64,000 nt of DNA from a virus (lineage: Duplodnaviria > Caudoviricetes). The stretch covers positions 63,535 through 127,534 of IMG/VR virus record IMGVR_UViG_2808606549_000001. One strand, 5' to 3'. Shown in pieces: positions 9,461-20,206 of the stretch (positions are counted from its first letter, which is position 1; each line of letters begins with the position of its first letter). Both the position numbers and the translations under genes were made by a program. The notes beneath the pieces were generated by a model. It saw nothing but the letters and a program-made list of their open reading frames with translations. It ran no database searches and was not told the DNA's origin.

Positions 9461-12400
9461 ATTTTCCAATCAAAGTAATCTTTCATTGTTACTCCTTGAA
9501 AATCAAATTCCTCCCACGTACAATTTTAAAGATATCCAATTTAACTGGACCTCGATGTGAAATTTCACAGACATGCTCTGGGTCAGTCAGCTCTCTGAGA
9601 CATTCATCGATATCGGATTGAACCATATAATCATATGGATTGAACACCATGTTATTTCGATTTCGTTTTCCTTGCTCCCAGTCAATAATAGTGTAAATGC
9701 AAGTATGCATCAGATTGTAGGGCTTCGTGCAAATCGTAAATTGACTATTTGTGGCCTTGACTGTGAATGGTCGTTTGAATTCCTGAAAGTAGATTTTATC
9801 TCCTACTTGAATTTCGCTACTATTAACCTTTACCACCTCGTCTATATTGTTTTATATGGCTCTGCATTTGGATAAGGATGAACGATTTCAAATACATAAC
9901 CACATGTTTCACCGTCTCTAATGTAATAATCTAAATCAATTCCGTCATCCCATTCTGGAATATCGACAACGAAACGGCCATCACGATACCTTACAATAGC
10001 TGGTCTACCATACCATTCATCATCACTATAAGGCCGAATTGTAACACCACTTGAAATCACTTCGCCAAATCTATCATTATACTTAGTTTCCATTCATACT
10101 CCTCTATTCCCATGAAATCCGTCTTTTATTGGCTTATAGTTGAATAATGCTCTCCTCAATTTCGATTTCCCAATGACCGTTTTCGTTGATAAATGGATCT
10201 GATTCTGCTTGAAACTCACGATTACCATAAGAATCAGAAACATAATCTCCATCTGGTTCAAACAGTCTGAAAATGTCACCTCGTATCAATGATTGAAATT
10301 GACATTCTTTCCAGTCAGCCAGAACTAATCTTTCTACTTTCCTATTCATTTTCGCACCTCCCATGAATCCCGTATTTTAACGTCTCTTACTTCTAATTTC
10401 TTGCACCTTTTTATAAGCAGCCGTGAATACTTCGTTGTAGCATGGAGTACATAAATCTAGGTGTTCTTTGCGTCCAGAAGTTGGATCACCTTTCATCGTC
10501 ACATATCCATGGCCCTTACCCTCTGCCATCTCAACAATGTGACAAAGTGGCTCAAATGTCTGAAGATAATTGTCTGCCTCTTCTAAACAGGCATCACAAT
10601 ACGTTTTTCTCAATAATATTCCTTCTCCCCATAAAAACTAAACTTTATTGGAATTAAAAGTTAATCGGTTCGTCTCCACCGTTATACCAGGAGTAACTAA
10701 CCAGTCTACATTCTGATTCCTTAACTCCGAACTTCTCATTTAGTAGCCTACAACACCCTCCAATTTCCTCCATCGATAAGTTGACGTCTGAGCCGTCACT
10801 ATAATCGCTCCCATGCGCAAGAATATAGTCTACTCCCCATTGCTTAGATTTGTATTCTTGAATTGCGACAAAATTTCCAGGTTTGTCTTCGTAGGAGAAC
10901 CTCTCAATTTCACCGTCGTATTCATCAATCCATTTGGCCTCTCCCAAAATATCCTTGAAGAATTCGTAAACTTCATTTTTACTCTTGCCTTCAAGTCCCT
11001 CAATCTTTGCGCGAATCACTGTTTTATACTCTGTATGACTCATAGATCCTCCTAATCCCTTCTTTTGGATTCCTTATATTTAGTGATTAATTCTTCTCTA
11101 GACAAACCAAGTAAATCCAAGGAGTGTGAAAGTAAAGTCAAATCGTCATAATCTTCTTTTCTACAATAGTTACAACTCGTTTCTTGTTCCCATCTAGACC
11201 CTTCTGGTTTGAATCCATCTGGTTCATGACGCCAACCCTCAGTTTCTGCGCAGTCATCGCAACACCAATTTTGGCCACATTCACATCTCGTATAGTCACC
11301 GCAATCAGGAAAAGTATCGCCGCAATAGTTACAAGCATAAAAATCTACACCCATATTTCAATCTCCTATTCTCATAAAATCTTACATTTATCGGAATCTT
11401 ACATCCATCAATTTTTGTCTGAAGGAGATGATCGGCTTCATGAACTCTTCCATCTCCAGCACTCGTTTAACATTCTCTTTCTTTGCCTCTTCTTTCTGAA
11501 TTTTTTTCAGGTCGTCAATCCTAGCGCCAATTTGGATCAGAGACGCATCGATTTCTTCTTTAGTGAACTCAACCTTGTACATAAACCCTCCCAATGAAAT
11601 TTCCATTTTATAGGTTACCTTTCACGGCTTCCCAAAGTGCGTCACACAATTCTGTTCTGCTCAATGCTCTCCCATTTGCGATGACATTGGACACTCGGAA
11701 GGAGTCATTCATTTTACGAATGTCCAGGTTCCAGTTCATATTGGTGAGCACTTCGATCATCTTCCCAATAGTCATCTTCTTATGATGATAGTTGGCCCAG
11801 TCCTTCCTATCGACCAAGCCTTCATCAAACAAAGAATAAAATTGCTCTTTTCCTATTTCTGTTGCTTGCTTGGGAAAAATGTGTTGCTTCATTTACGTTT
11901 CCTTTCTACTCGAACGATATCCATATCCACTGCTCCTCGATGTGATATCTCACACACATGTTCAGGATCGCTCAACTCACGTAAACATTGGTCGATGTCT
12001 TCTTGTTTTGTATAATCATATGGATTAAAAATCATATTGTTTCTATTACGTTTACCTTTACGCCAATCAATGATCGTATAGAGACAAGTCTTTTGAATAT
12101 TAAAAGGTTTCGTGCAGATCGCAAATGATTCATTACATGCTTTCACAGTATATGGTCGCTTGTCAGTTCTAAAAAATACTTTGTCTCCAACTTTAAGATC
12201 CCATTCTGGGTAATACTGGCGTTCTATTGCAACATCCTTAAAATCAATTGTTATTTTATCTTTAACAATGCTTTTCAACCACTCAAGACACATCGCATCT
12301 CTATAATCTATGTCGCTATGTGCTTCCCCATTGACGTACAAAAGGCAATCGTCGAGATGATTTTGTAAAACAGTAAGATTCAATATGCCACCTCACAATC

Positions 12401-14103
12401 CATTGAAATTCCGCTTTTATTCTCCCAGATCCATATCGAAATCTAAGCTCCAATAAAAATTTCCCCAATGGCTATCCAACTTTTCTAGGACACTATCGGA
12501 TACAATGCAGTTCACAAATTCATTATTTACTTCGTCATATTCTCCAACTTTGATACCGAAACTCTCAAGAAGTTCTCTGTCCTCTTTACCAGCACAAATT
12601 GATCCAAAATGCATATTAACCACTCCTGATAAATGTTCAATTTCATTTTAATAATTCGTTTCAATATCATCGATACAACTTACAATAGCCATAAATACTT
12701 TGCAGTCATGAATTCCGCCTTCTTCGTTTTCACGCAGCAAATATTTGTATTCTTCAAGTGCATCTTGTTCATTGTCCCAGAAACTCACACTAGGATAGAA
12801 TGGACGATTAATTCCTACAACCCACATTTTCTTCCTCCCGATAAAATCCTGATTTTAAGCATCATTGTGTCCAACAATGTGGAACATAGGATTATTAAGA
12901 TAATAGTTGTAATATATCTTAGACTGAATTAATGCTTCTAAATGTAAATCGTCCATTTCCTCTACGGTTGGCTTCAATTTTGTTTTTAAATGATACCATT
13001 TGTTCTTTCCATACTTTTTCTCAAGAGCATTCAACCTTTCAACCAATCCCCAGTTCTTTGGTTCCTGATAGAAATACAAGTTATCATTCTCTCCAATCTG
13101 TGTGAAACTCGAATTTTATTGTAAGTCTACTTTGTAGTTGTAATCGATTGAACCTTTAGGAACATAGATAGTTGTATCTCCCGATTCCCAAGAAGGGAAC
13201 CAGCGCTCTAGGTTTTTATTTTTGAATCGCTTATCAGTAATCTTAATTACTGGTTGCTCCTTATCTGTCTCGATCAGATAACTCTTTTCAGCACTCACGC
13301 TTTGAATCTGCATTCCTTTATCTGACTGAACCATGTAATAGTATTTCATTTCATCATCGACAGAACCTGAGCCTAGAAAGAAGCGTCCGCTTACTCCAAC
13401 ATTATCTTTCAATGCGACCATAGGTATTTCTTCTTTTATGTATTCCTCTTGATCATTGAAAGAATGAATTAACATAGCTGCAACTAACATCGGTAATAGC
13501 GCAATCAATGCTCCGATCAAACCACTAAGTACTGATATTTCTATTTCGAATTCTTCATCAAAAAAATAATACGAGAGTGCTCCAACAATAAAACCAATCA
13601 ATATTATAAGTGCGTATCCCAATGATTTACCCTCCCTCTATCACAGTCCTTGATTTCCAAGCTTTTTAATCTCTTGCTTCAGTACCTTATTGCGCTTCAA
13701 ATTCGCTTTCATTTCGGCTTTACGAAGAGCAATTTCGTGACCAACTTCCTTGTTATACTTATCGCCTGGAAGTACCTTAGCAACACCTTTGATACCGTCA
13801 GGGAAGATAACAATTGTTGCTGGATCGCTATAAATGACTTTGTAACCATCTCTTAATTCAATCTCTGGCTGGTCATCAACAAGTGTGATTTCTGAAGCCA
13901 TTACAGGAAACCAATGTTTAGTGCCTTCGCGAGTTATGTATTCAACTCTATAAGGATAATAAATATCAGTTTCATCAAAATGAGTAACAGTTCCTTCGAC
14001 ATTAACTATTTGGTGCTGTTCAGCAAGTTTGCTTTTTAAAAATACTACCTTATCCCCCACATTAAACTTTCTCATTCTGTAAATCCCCCATGAAATTGAT
14101 TTT

Positions 14104-14628
14104 TTATCGACCATCAAAATAGTTTAATACTTCTGTCCAGTTCCTCATTCTCCTGTATCGCGTTTCCGTTCTATTATGTGGAGCATCAAAGAGCAATGCT
14201 TTACCAATGAATCCTTCAAAGTTTCCTGGCTTATCATCAATGAGCCAATCAGCATTTACAATACTTTTGTTTCTTGTAAACACATAATTATCTTCTTTGA
14301 TGAATGGAAAGTACTTCTTAAGCCAATTCGATTTTGGTTCAACATTATTAGGATTATATGGTGCGGTCACAACAAAAATCTCATATGTATAAGATAGTTC
14401 TCTTACTGCTTCTATGCTGCCTTCAATTAACGGTAGAGACTCGAAAAATTCGGGATCATCCAAATACTTATAAAATTGCTTACCAGCCTTTGTTATATCA
14501 TGACAGTTCTGATGAGTCATTTGACATGTCTTCAGATTATCATTGAATTCATTATTGTATCGTCGTAACCATTCAGATAGGATATCTGCCAAACATTGAT
14601 CTTGATCAATTGCAATCCGTTTCTTCAA
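14104..14628 (-). CDS. 5'(3')-deoxyribonucleotidase, HAD family (YorS-like)
   Basis: IAIDQDQCLAD, FVVTAP, WLIDD, LFDAPHN motifs; TTG start at 14628 after GAGGTG. Confidence 0.85.
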   Translation of the reverse strand: MKKRIAIDQDQCLADILSEWLRRYNNEFNDNLKTCQMTHQNCHDITKAGKQFYKYLDDPEFFESLPLIEGSIEAVRELSYTYEIFVVTAPYNPNNVEPKSNWLKKYFPFIKEDNYVFTRNKSIVNADWLIDDKPGNFEGFIGKALLFDAPHNRTETRYRRMRNWTEVLNYFDGR

Positions 14629-15250
14629 ACGACACCTCGCATAGATTATCTTTAACGATCTGATAAATTTCATAATGAACGTCATCGATTGGCTGCTCAC
14701 CATTTACGATAAATTTCATCGGAGCTGAATATTTTTCTTTCATGAGAATGTAATTAGATCGTACCTCTTCAAGCATCGCTCTGTCTGATTCATAGCGATC
14801 ATTCTGTCCTTCATTGTGTTTACCCTTGCGTCCCATACTAACCTCTGGAGAGATATCAATTACAATGTCGATATCAGGCTTCCTCATGTATCTCTGAAGC
14901 TCTACAGTCCATTCTACGGGGATCTTATTAGCATTGGCATATGCAAGTTGGCTGAGAGTATAACGGTCTAGGATAAGGAAATCATAGCCCTCATCTTCAA
15001 GTTGTTTGTACCATTTCTGTTGTGCTTGCTTATCAGCCGTCATAATTAACTCAATGGTACTTTGATCAACATCATACTCTTTTTTAAGCCACTTCATAAT
15101 GAGTTCGCCTGTCGGTTGATCATAGCGATGATGTTCACCTTTAGCGACCTTATAACCATCTACAGTCAATCGATCCAGGAGCATGTTTGCAGCAGAGTAT
15201 TTGCCACTCTTATCGAGGCCCTCTATGGCGATGATTTTGATTGTCTTCAA
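14606..15250 (-). CDS. tmk: Thymidylate (dTMP) kinase
   Basis: IAIEGLDKSGK P-loop; LILDRYTLSQLAY; KPDIDIVIDISPE. Confidence 0.9.
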   Translation of the reverse strand: MKTIKIIAIEGLDKSGKYSAANMLLDRLTVDGYKVAKGEHHRYDQPTGELIMKWLKKEYDVDQSTIELIMTADKQAQQKWYKQLEDEGYDFLILDRYTLSQLAYANANKIPVEWTVELQRYMRKPDIDIVIDISPEVSMGRKGKHNEGQNDRYESDRAMLEEVRSNYILMKEKYSAPMKFIVNGEQPIDDVHYEIYQIVKDNLCEVSFEETDCN

Positions 15251-15729
15251 TCCTCCCTATTCGGTAAGACTTTAACTTCTAATTTCTGCTTCCCAAACGC
15301 CAATGCATCATCAAGATTCTCCATATAGATATCAATGTGATTATTTCTTATTTTTGAACCACGATCCTGGCACTCATAAACGTTATTTAATTCAGGTATG
15401 TAGATTTGAGTCCCAAACTCTAATGACTTGGCGCAAGCAATAGTGTGGTTCTCTTTAACTGTAGCGCCACTAGCTGTAATACCATAACCTTTTTCACCCT
15501 TATGTTTTTGAGTGGATTCGTAACCAGCAGTATACGCGGTTACAAGGTAGGTTTCACTTTTAATATCCGCGTACTTTTCTTCAGGTGTATCAGGCTTCTT
15601 AACTGGATTTTCAGCAGCCAACGTTATAATTGTATTTGGTTGAACGCTCTTTTGCGCTTCTTTAGTGGTTATGTCAAGATGCATGAAATTAAGTAGTAGT
15701 AACCACAAAGACAGGATTATACTTCCCAT
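15247..15729 (-). CDS. 3D-domain cell-wall protein with N-terminal signal or TM segment
   Basis: VTAYT, GITASG, DRGSKI...IDIYM, FGKQ; ATG at 15729 after AGGAGG. Confidence 0.85.
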   Translation of the reverse strand: MGSIILSLWLLLLNFMHLDITTKEAQKSVQPNTIITLAAENPVKKPDTPEEKYADIKSETYLVTAYTAGYESTQKHKGEKGYGITASGATVKENHTIACAKSLEFGTQIYIPELNNVYECQDRGSKIRNNHIDIYMENLDDALAFGKQKLEVKVLPNRED

Positions 15730-15844
15730 CCGTACCTCCTTTGATATTACATAGGCTCCACGAGATGCAGGTTTGAATTGCAAGTGCATGGAGCCTATGT
15801 CTTACGTATTATTTACTTCTTATGAAAGGTTCATTTTATCGTAA

Positions 15845-16819
15845 TTACTTGATAGACTGAGCCACATCAAGATACTTCTTAAGTTTTGCTAAGTCGCTAG
15901 TGCTCTTATACTTAGCATCGCCAACTTTGGCAGTGAAGGCATCCTGAACTTCTTTTTGCTTTGCTTGAGGAAGCGCAATGATAATTTTTGTGATTTCGTC
16001 TTTAATCTTGTCAGCATCGTCAACTGCAACATTGGTAAGGTCCTTGGCTTCGTCACTAAGAATCTGGTCAAAACTCTTAATCTCTTCTTTGGTTCTAATC
16101 TTACCTTGTTGCGCCCTTTCAATGGCGACCTTCCAGTGCTTATAGTTGGGCATTTCAACAATATCGCCAATATTAAAAGTTTTGGTGCGATCTTTTTCAA
16201 TCTTACCGTAGGATTTGCCATCCTTAATGAACGTTTGAACTACAACATCAAAGTCAAACTTACTGCCTTTTGGGAGATTCGGTTTGACCCCAACCTTAAC
16301 ACTAATTTGATTTCCTAGAGCGTCAGTGCGGCTCTCTGTTTCGTCAGATGCTTCGGCAACATATGATAGGTTTTTACCCATCTTGACATAAGTGAGTAGT
16401 CGAGCAAAGAATCGGTCGTAGTGTAGCCCCATAACGCCATATTCTTTGAATGAAAGACCTTCTCCCTCGATTAGACGATTGCCTTTTCGCGCACGTTGTT
16501 CAACAACTTTAAGTGCTGCGTGTTTCATATTTTCATGATATCGTGTGGCCGAATCAATGTTGATTGTTTCAACTTGGTTAAATAGTTCTTCGTCGCCTTC
16601 CAACTCGTCTAAGTCATCATTCATTTCTTTAAATGAAAGCGTATTGGATTCAGTAAGAATATTTTGATCATACTCATCGTAAAACTTCGTGCCACCATCA
16701 CTATCAAACAAAGCTTGATTAGGAAATGAAAGACCCGTTGGAGTTTTACCTGTAGCAGACTCTCCGTACCATAGAAATGTTACACCTTCGCGCTTTTTCT
16801 CACGTTTTTGTAATGCCAT
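15845..16819 (-). CDS. AAA_24/Sak4-like ATPase (YorG-like), putative recombination protein
   Basis: YGESATGKT Walker A; FDSDGG; INIDS Walker B; FDFDVV, KDRT. Confidence 0.75.
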   Translation of the reverse strand: MALQKREKKREGVTFLWYGESATGKTPTGLSFPNQALFDSDGGTKFYDEYDQNILTESNTLSFKEMNDDLDELEGDEELFNQVETINIDSATRYHENMKHAALKVVEQRARKGNRLIEGEGLSFKEYGVMGLHYDRFFARLLTYVKMGKNLSYVAEASDETESRTDALGNQISVKVGVKPNLPKGSKFDFDVVVQTFIKDGKSYGKIEKDRTKTFNIGDIVEMPNYKHWKVAIERAQQGKIRTKEEIKSFDQILSDEAKDLTNVAVDDADKIKDEITKIIIALPQAKQKEVQDAFTAKVGDAKYKSTSDLAKLKKYLDVAQSIK

Positions 16820-16856
16820 TTAGTTATATCATTCTCCCTTTTTCATTTTAATATTA

Positions 16857-17876
16857 TTAAGCAAATGGATCTTCAGAAGGTTGTTCTGCAAATGGGTCAG
16901 ACGAAGAGCTGCTTCCTTTTGTTTGCTCAAACGGATCGGCAGATTTGAAGAAGTCATCTTCTTTATAAACCTTTTGCTTAAACTCAGTAACGTTTGTAAT
17001 TTGCAATTCCGAAATGCGGTTACGATTAAACTTCTTGCCTTGACCTTCTGGAGCCTCGCCGCCCCAATCAAAAGCAGAAGGCTGTTCCTTGATCTCTTCC
17101 AGAACTGTGCCGTTTCGGATTTTACCTTGAACAGTTACTACATCGCCAAATTTGAATTTCTTGGCTACGTTAGCTGCTAAAGTTTCAAACTCATTGCCAT
17201 CAACAACAAACATGATGTCATTCCAGGTCTTGTTGAAGTTGATAATTCGGCCAGTAACAAACACCTTTTTATTTGCCTTATCAATATCGGTATGAATGAC
17301 TACAAATTCTTGCTCAAACGAGGCAACTTCCTTGAATCCTTCTGCGCTGAAGTCAACTGGCTCCTTTAGCAAGCCAATAGAACCAATCGTGTACTTAACC
17401 GTAGACTTTTCTTCGCCATTACTCATAAATGTATTGACGTTAAAAGTACCATTAATCCAAATAGAATCACCTTCACTTAGCGATTCCTTGATTACTTCTA
17501 CGCCATCATAGTTAAAGTAGTTCTTCTGAATCGCTTTACCCTTTTCATCCTTCTCGAATGAAGTACGAACAGCATTGAAACCAAATGGAGTGAATCCTTC
17601 AGGGAGATTGTCTTTATCGTCCCAATCAATCTCTAGTGTTTGCTTCTCACCGTTCTTGTTCGAAAACACTTTGACTTTACCTGTGGGCACTTGACCAAAC
17701 AGATCAAGATTATAAATTACGTTGTTTTCACTAGTCTTCACAGCCAGACTTGCGCTTTGATAAGGTTGGCCCTGTCCGTCCTTCGTTACACCCTTACGGA
17801 AAGTGTTCTCGTTATGTAGACCAACCACTTGACCAAATACTTTTACCGAACCTTTGTTTTGAACTAATTCCGCCAT
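16857..17876 (-). CDS. Putative ssDNA-binding protein (YorF-like)
   Basis: Beta-rich OB-like repeats; acidic tail ending DPFA; next to the recombinase-like ATPase. Confidence 0.6.
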   Translation of the reverse strand: MAELVQNKGSVKVFGQVVGLHNENTFRKGVTKDGQGQPYQSASLAVKTSENNVIYNLDLFGQVPTGKVKVFSNKNGEKQTLEIDWDDKDNLPEGFTPFGFNAVRTSFEKDEKGKAIQKNYFNYDGVEVIKESLSEGDSIWINGTFNVNTFMSNGEEKSTVKYTIGSIGLLKEPVDFSAEGFKEVASFEQEFVVIHTDIDKANKKVFVTGRIINFNKTWNDIMFVVDGNEFETLAANVAKKFKFGDVVTVQGKIRNGTVLEEIKEQPSAFDWGGEAPEGQGKKFNRNRISELQITNVTEFKQKVYKEDDFFKSADPFEQTKGSSSSSDPFAEQPSEDPFA

Positions 17877-18591
17877 ATGTATTGTTCAATCTCCTTATAT
17901 TATTGTTTAGTTTTATTAACTCACTAAGCAATTTATATAAGGGTGGACTGCGAACACGCTGTATATGATCAACCTCCTTATCTCCGTCTTGCTAACTTTA
18001 AGCATGGTATCAAATTCGTTAATTAAAAGTCAATAGTTAGCATACTTCACTTTATAATTATTTTTGTGGGGAGGTTCTTCCTCCCCTATTTATCTATGCG
18101 TTCAATGACAACCCTTCTATGTATGTTCGAGTTGTCTTCCTGATCGCTGGATAATCCATGTTACCTTCAAAGCAGTCAATCCAAGCATTCAAGTCGTCCA
18201 TTTCGCGGATATGCTCTTTCAATAAAATAAATAATTCATCGTCTTCTTGAACGCCAAAACACTCAACTAAACCAGCGAAAAACTGAGTAATGCCGCGATC
18301 CCAATTATGCAGCAAATAGTCGTAGGTAAACTCACTCATAGATTTTTTCTCCTGGTAGTTGTTGATTATTAGTTTTATACTCATTCATCATATAACGGAC
18401 AGCGGCCATACCCCTAATCCCTTTGGCCTCAAGTTCTTTAACGAACTCTGGCTTGCCGCCCATCTTGGCATGATGATCAGATGTGAATATTTTTTTGAAT
18501 ATTCCGACTATAATGGACAATTATCTTACATCCCCTTATTGGACATATAAGTTTATTTTAGTCAAGACCCATTTAAAGACTTAAGCTTAAA

Positions 18592-18700
18592 TTTACATGT
18601 TAGATAACCTGTTATATACTTTGAAAAGGATGAAGAAACGACTTCCGATAAATGAGTGATCCGCCAAGTTCAACTCATTTGTTAGAGGTTGTTTTTTTGT
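18592..18700 (+). ncRNA. Candidate small RNA: sigma-A promoter plus a long hairpin with T tail
   Basis: TTTACA(18592)-17bp-TATACT(18615); stem AAACGACTTC...ATAAATGAGT / ACTCATTTGT...GAGGTTGTTT followed by T7. Confidence 0.4.
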
Positions 18701-18868
18701 ATTGATAATTATACATCATCGCCTTCTCCCTTATTTTTTATATAGATAATGATTATATATTATCAAAATTTTCCTTGAACAATAAGACAGATTTTTTACT
18801 AAAAAATCGATATTTACATTATTATTCAGTTATGCAAGTTGTAAGAACATTGTCGAAGCTTGTTGAAT

Positions 18869-19342
18869 CTAGTTGTATTGCATTTTAAAGATACTTTGTT
18901 CAGAAATATCGTTTATTTTCCCTAGTTGTTTGGAGACTATATTTTTGATCGCAGATCTTGTAACGTCTACCTGCGCTCCATTATCAAAATACACTACATT
19001 TTTAAATGAATCGTATTGCTTCATCTTTGTCATGTTTGCTAACAAACCATAATTTAAACACTTAAAATTTTCATTGTTTTCTTCAAGGAATTCAACAAGA
19101 TCATACGGAAAAGATTTAAAGGAAACTTCGCTGCCGATAGTTCTGATTACAATGTTACCAGATTTCAACTGGCGAACGAAGACAATATTGTTTACAGGTT
19201 CAAAAGCAAAACCTTTTTCCTCATTTGGAATAGTAATAAACTCAGAACTTACACTTTGGTAAATGGAGTTTATAATTTGTGCTTTTTCAGAAGTAGTGAA
19301 ATTTTGAAATCCTTCTTTGAAGTTCTTTATAAAGTTCTCCAT
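18869..19342 (-). CDS. Stand-alone LytTR-domain protein with no receiver domain
   Basis: NIVFVRQ...IVIRT...LVEFLEE...FKCLNYGLLANM...VYFDNGAQVDVTRS follows the LytTR pattern (IxYIE...FxRxHRSxxVN...LxNG...VSR), though degenerate. Confidence 0.7.
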   Translation of the reverse strand: MENFIKNFKEGFQNFTTSEKAQIINSIYQSVSSEFITIPNEEKGFAFEPVNNIVFVRQLKSGNIVIRTIGSEVSFKSFPYDLVEFLEENNENFKCLNYGLLANMTKMKQYDSFKNVVYFDNGAQVDVTRSAIKNIVSKQLGKINDISEQSIFKMQYN

Positions 19343-19366
19343 TTACGATTCCTCCATTTTAGATTA

Positions 19367-19399
19367 ATGTAACGCACCCAATAAATGAGTGCGCTACAT
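19367..19399 (-). other. 14-bp RNA hairpin between the peptide gene and the LytTR gene
   Basis: Minus strand ATGTAGCGCACTCA-TTTAT-TGGGTGCGTTACAT pairs fully only on the minus strand (two G-U pairs). Confidence 0.7.
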
Positions 19400-19425
19400 A
19401 CTCTATGTATTCATCGACTTATCAA

Positions 19426-19527
19426 TTACTTAGTCTTTGTGTTAAAGAAAAGCCAAACCTTATCGATTACAGCTTCTGGTACGGATTCAACTGCCTTAAC
19501 TACAACTTTAGAAATAATCTTTTTCAA
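19426..19527 (-). CDS. AgrD-like pro-peptide, 33 aa: MKKIISKVVVKAVESVPEAVIDKVWLFFNTKTK
   Basis: GGAGGTGA RBS plus TTG; amphipathic basic leader, aromatic core, charged tail; in an operon with agrB; not in the ORF track. Confidence 0.7.
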   Translation of the reverse strand: MKKIISKVVVKAVESVPEAVIDKVWLFFNTKTK

Positions 19528-19545
19528 AATATTCACCTCCCTTCA

Positions 19546-20205
19546 TTAATTGTATTCTATTTGATCCCTTTTATGGGACAAATACAGGAATATTATTGAC
19601 GATACAATGGTTACAATTGTTGCAACTATCATTAGCGATATCGACAAGTATATGTAGAAACTTATACAGACCAGTCCCAAAATAAGTATAATGGCGATTG
19701 TCAAGTAAAGGAAAGCTTTATAGTTTGATTTTCTACTCTTTAAGTTAAACCCAAAACCGCCATTTGTTAATTTGATATACATTCCTACTGAGATAGCGAG
19801 TACCGCGCACAATGTTTGGAATGAATATGTCTTAGTTGAGAATGACTTATTTAGGTCGTCTGGCGATAATGCGTCCATTCCAACTCCAATAAGTGAAACT
19901 AGCCACTGAACTACAAAGTAGAAAGTAAAGCCACCAATAATCACAATGGTTGACCTTGCTAACGGCATCTTGAAAACTTTAACGAACGTAAGAATCAAAG
20001 CTGGTACTAAAATCAAAGGCAATGGAACATAGTCGAACATTTTTGCGATTACAAGTAAGTAGGATACGAACGTAACTCCGATGATCGATAATAGTATCTC
20101 CCACCTATATGATCTGAAATCAATGTTGAAGAAACTGAAGATGAGGACGAAGATTGCTAAATACTCAAAGCTTGAGAATAACATGTATTCCAAAAAGTTC
20201 GCCAT
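19546..20205 (-). CDS. Polytopic membrane protein resembling an AgrC-type sensor domain, without a kinase domain
   Basis: About 7 hydrophobic segments, 219 aa, no H-box or ATPase motifs; between agrB and the peptide gene. Confidence 0.6.
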   Translation of the reverse strand: MANFLEYMLFSSFEYLAIFVLIFSFFNIDFRSYRWEILLSIIGVTFVSYLLVIAKMFDYVPLPLILVPALILTFVKVFKMPLARSTIVIIGGFTFYFVVQWLVSLIGVGMDALSPDDLNKSFSTKTYSFQTLCAVLAISVGMYIKLTNGGFGFNLKSRKSNYKAFLYLTIAIILILGLVCISFYIYLSISLMIVATIVTIVSSIIFLYLSHKRDQIEYN

Positions 20206-20206
20206 C

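Larger units (their letters stand above)
7962..13622 (-). other. Array of about 20 small hypothetical phage ORFs, most bounded by junction motifs
   Basis: ORF track with RBSs; includes a paralog pair 9489..9836 / 11889..12383, Cys-rich 11052..11354 and membrane protein 13116..13622. Confidence 0.75.

Noticed and set aside
19546-20205. Full AgrC histidine kinase, or a frameshifted agrC
   Set aside because: Clean stop followed directly by an RBS and the peptide ORF; no kinase remnants in the adjacent sequence.
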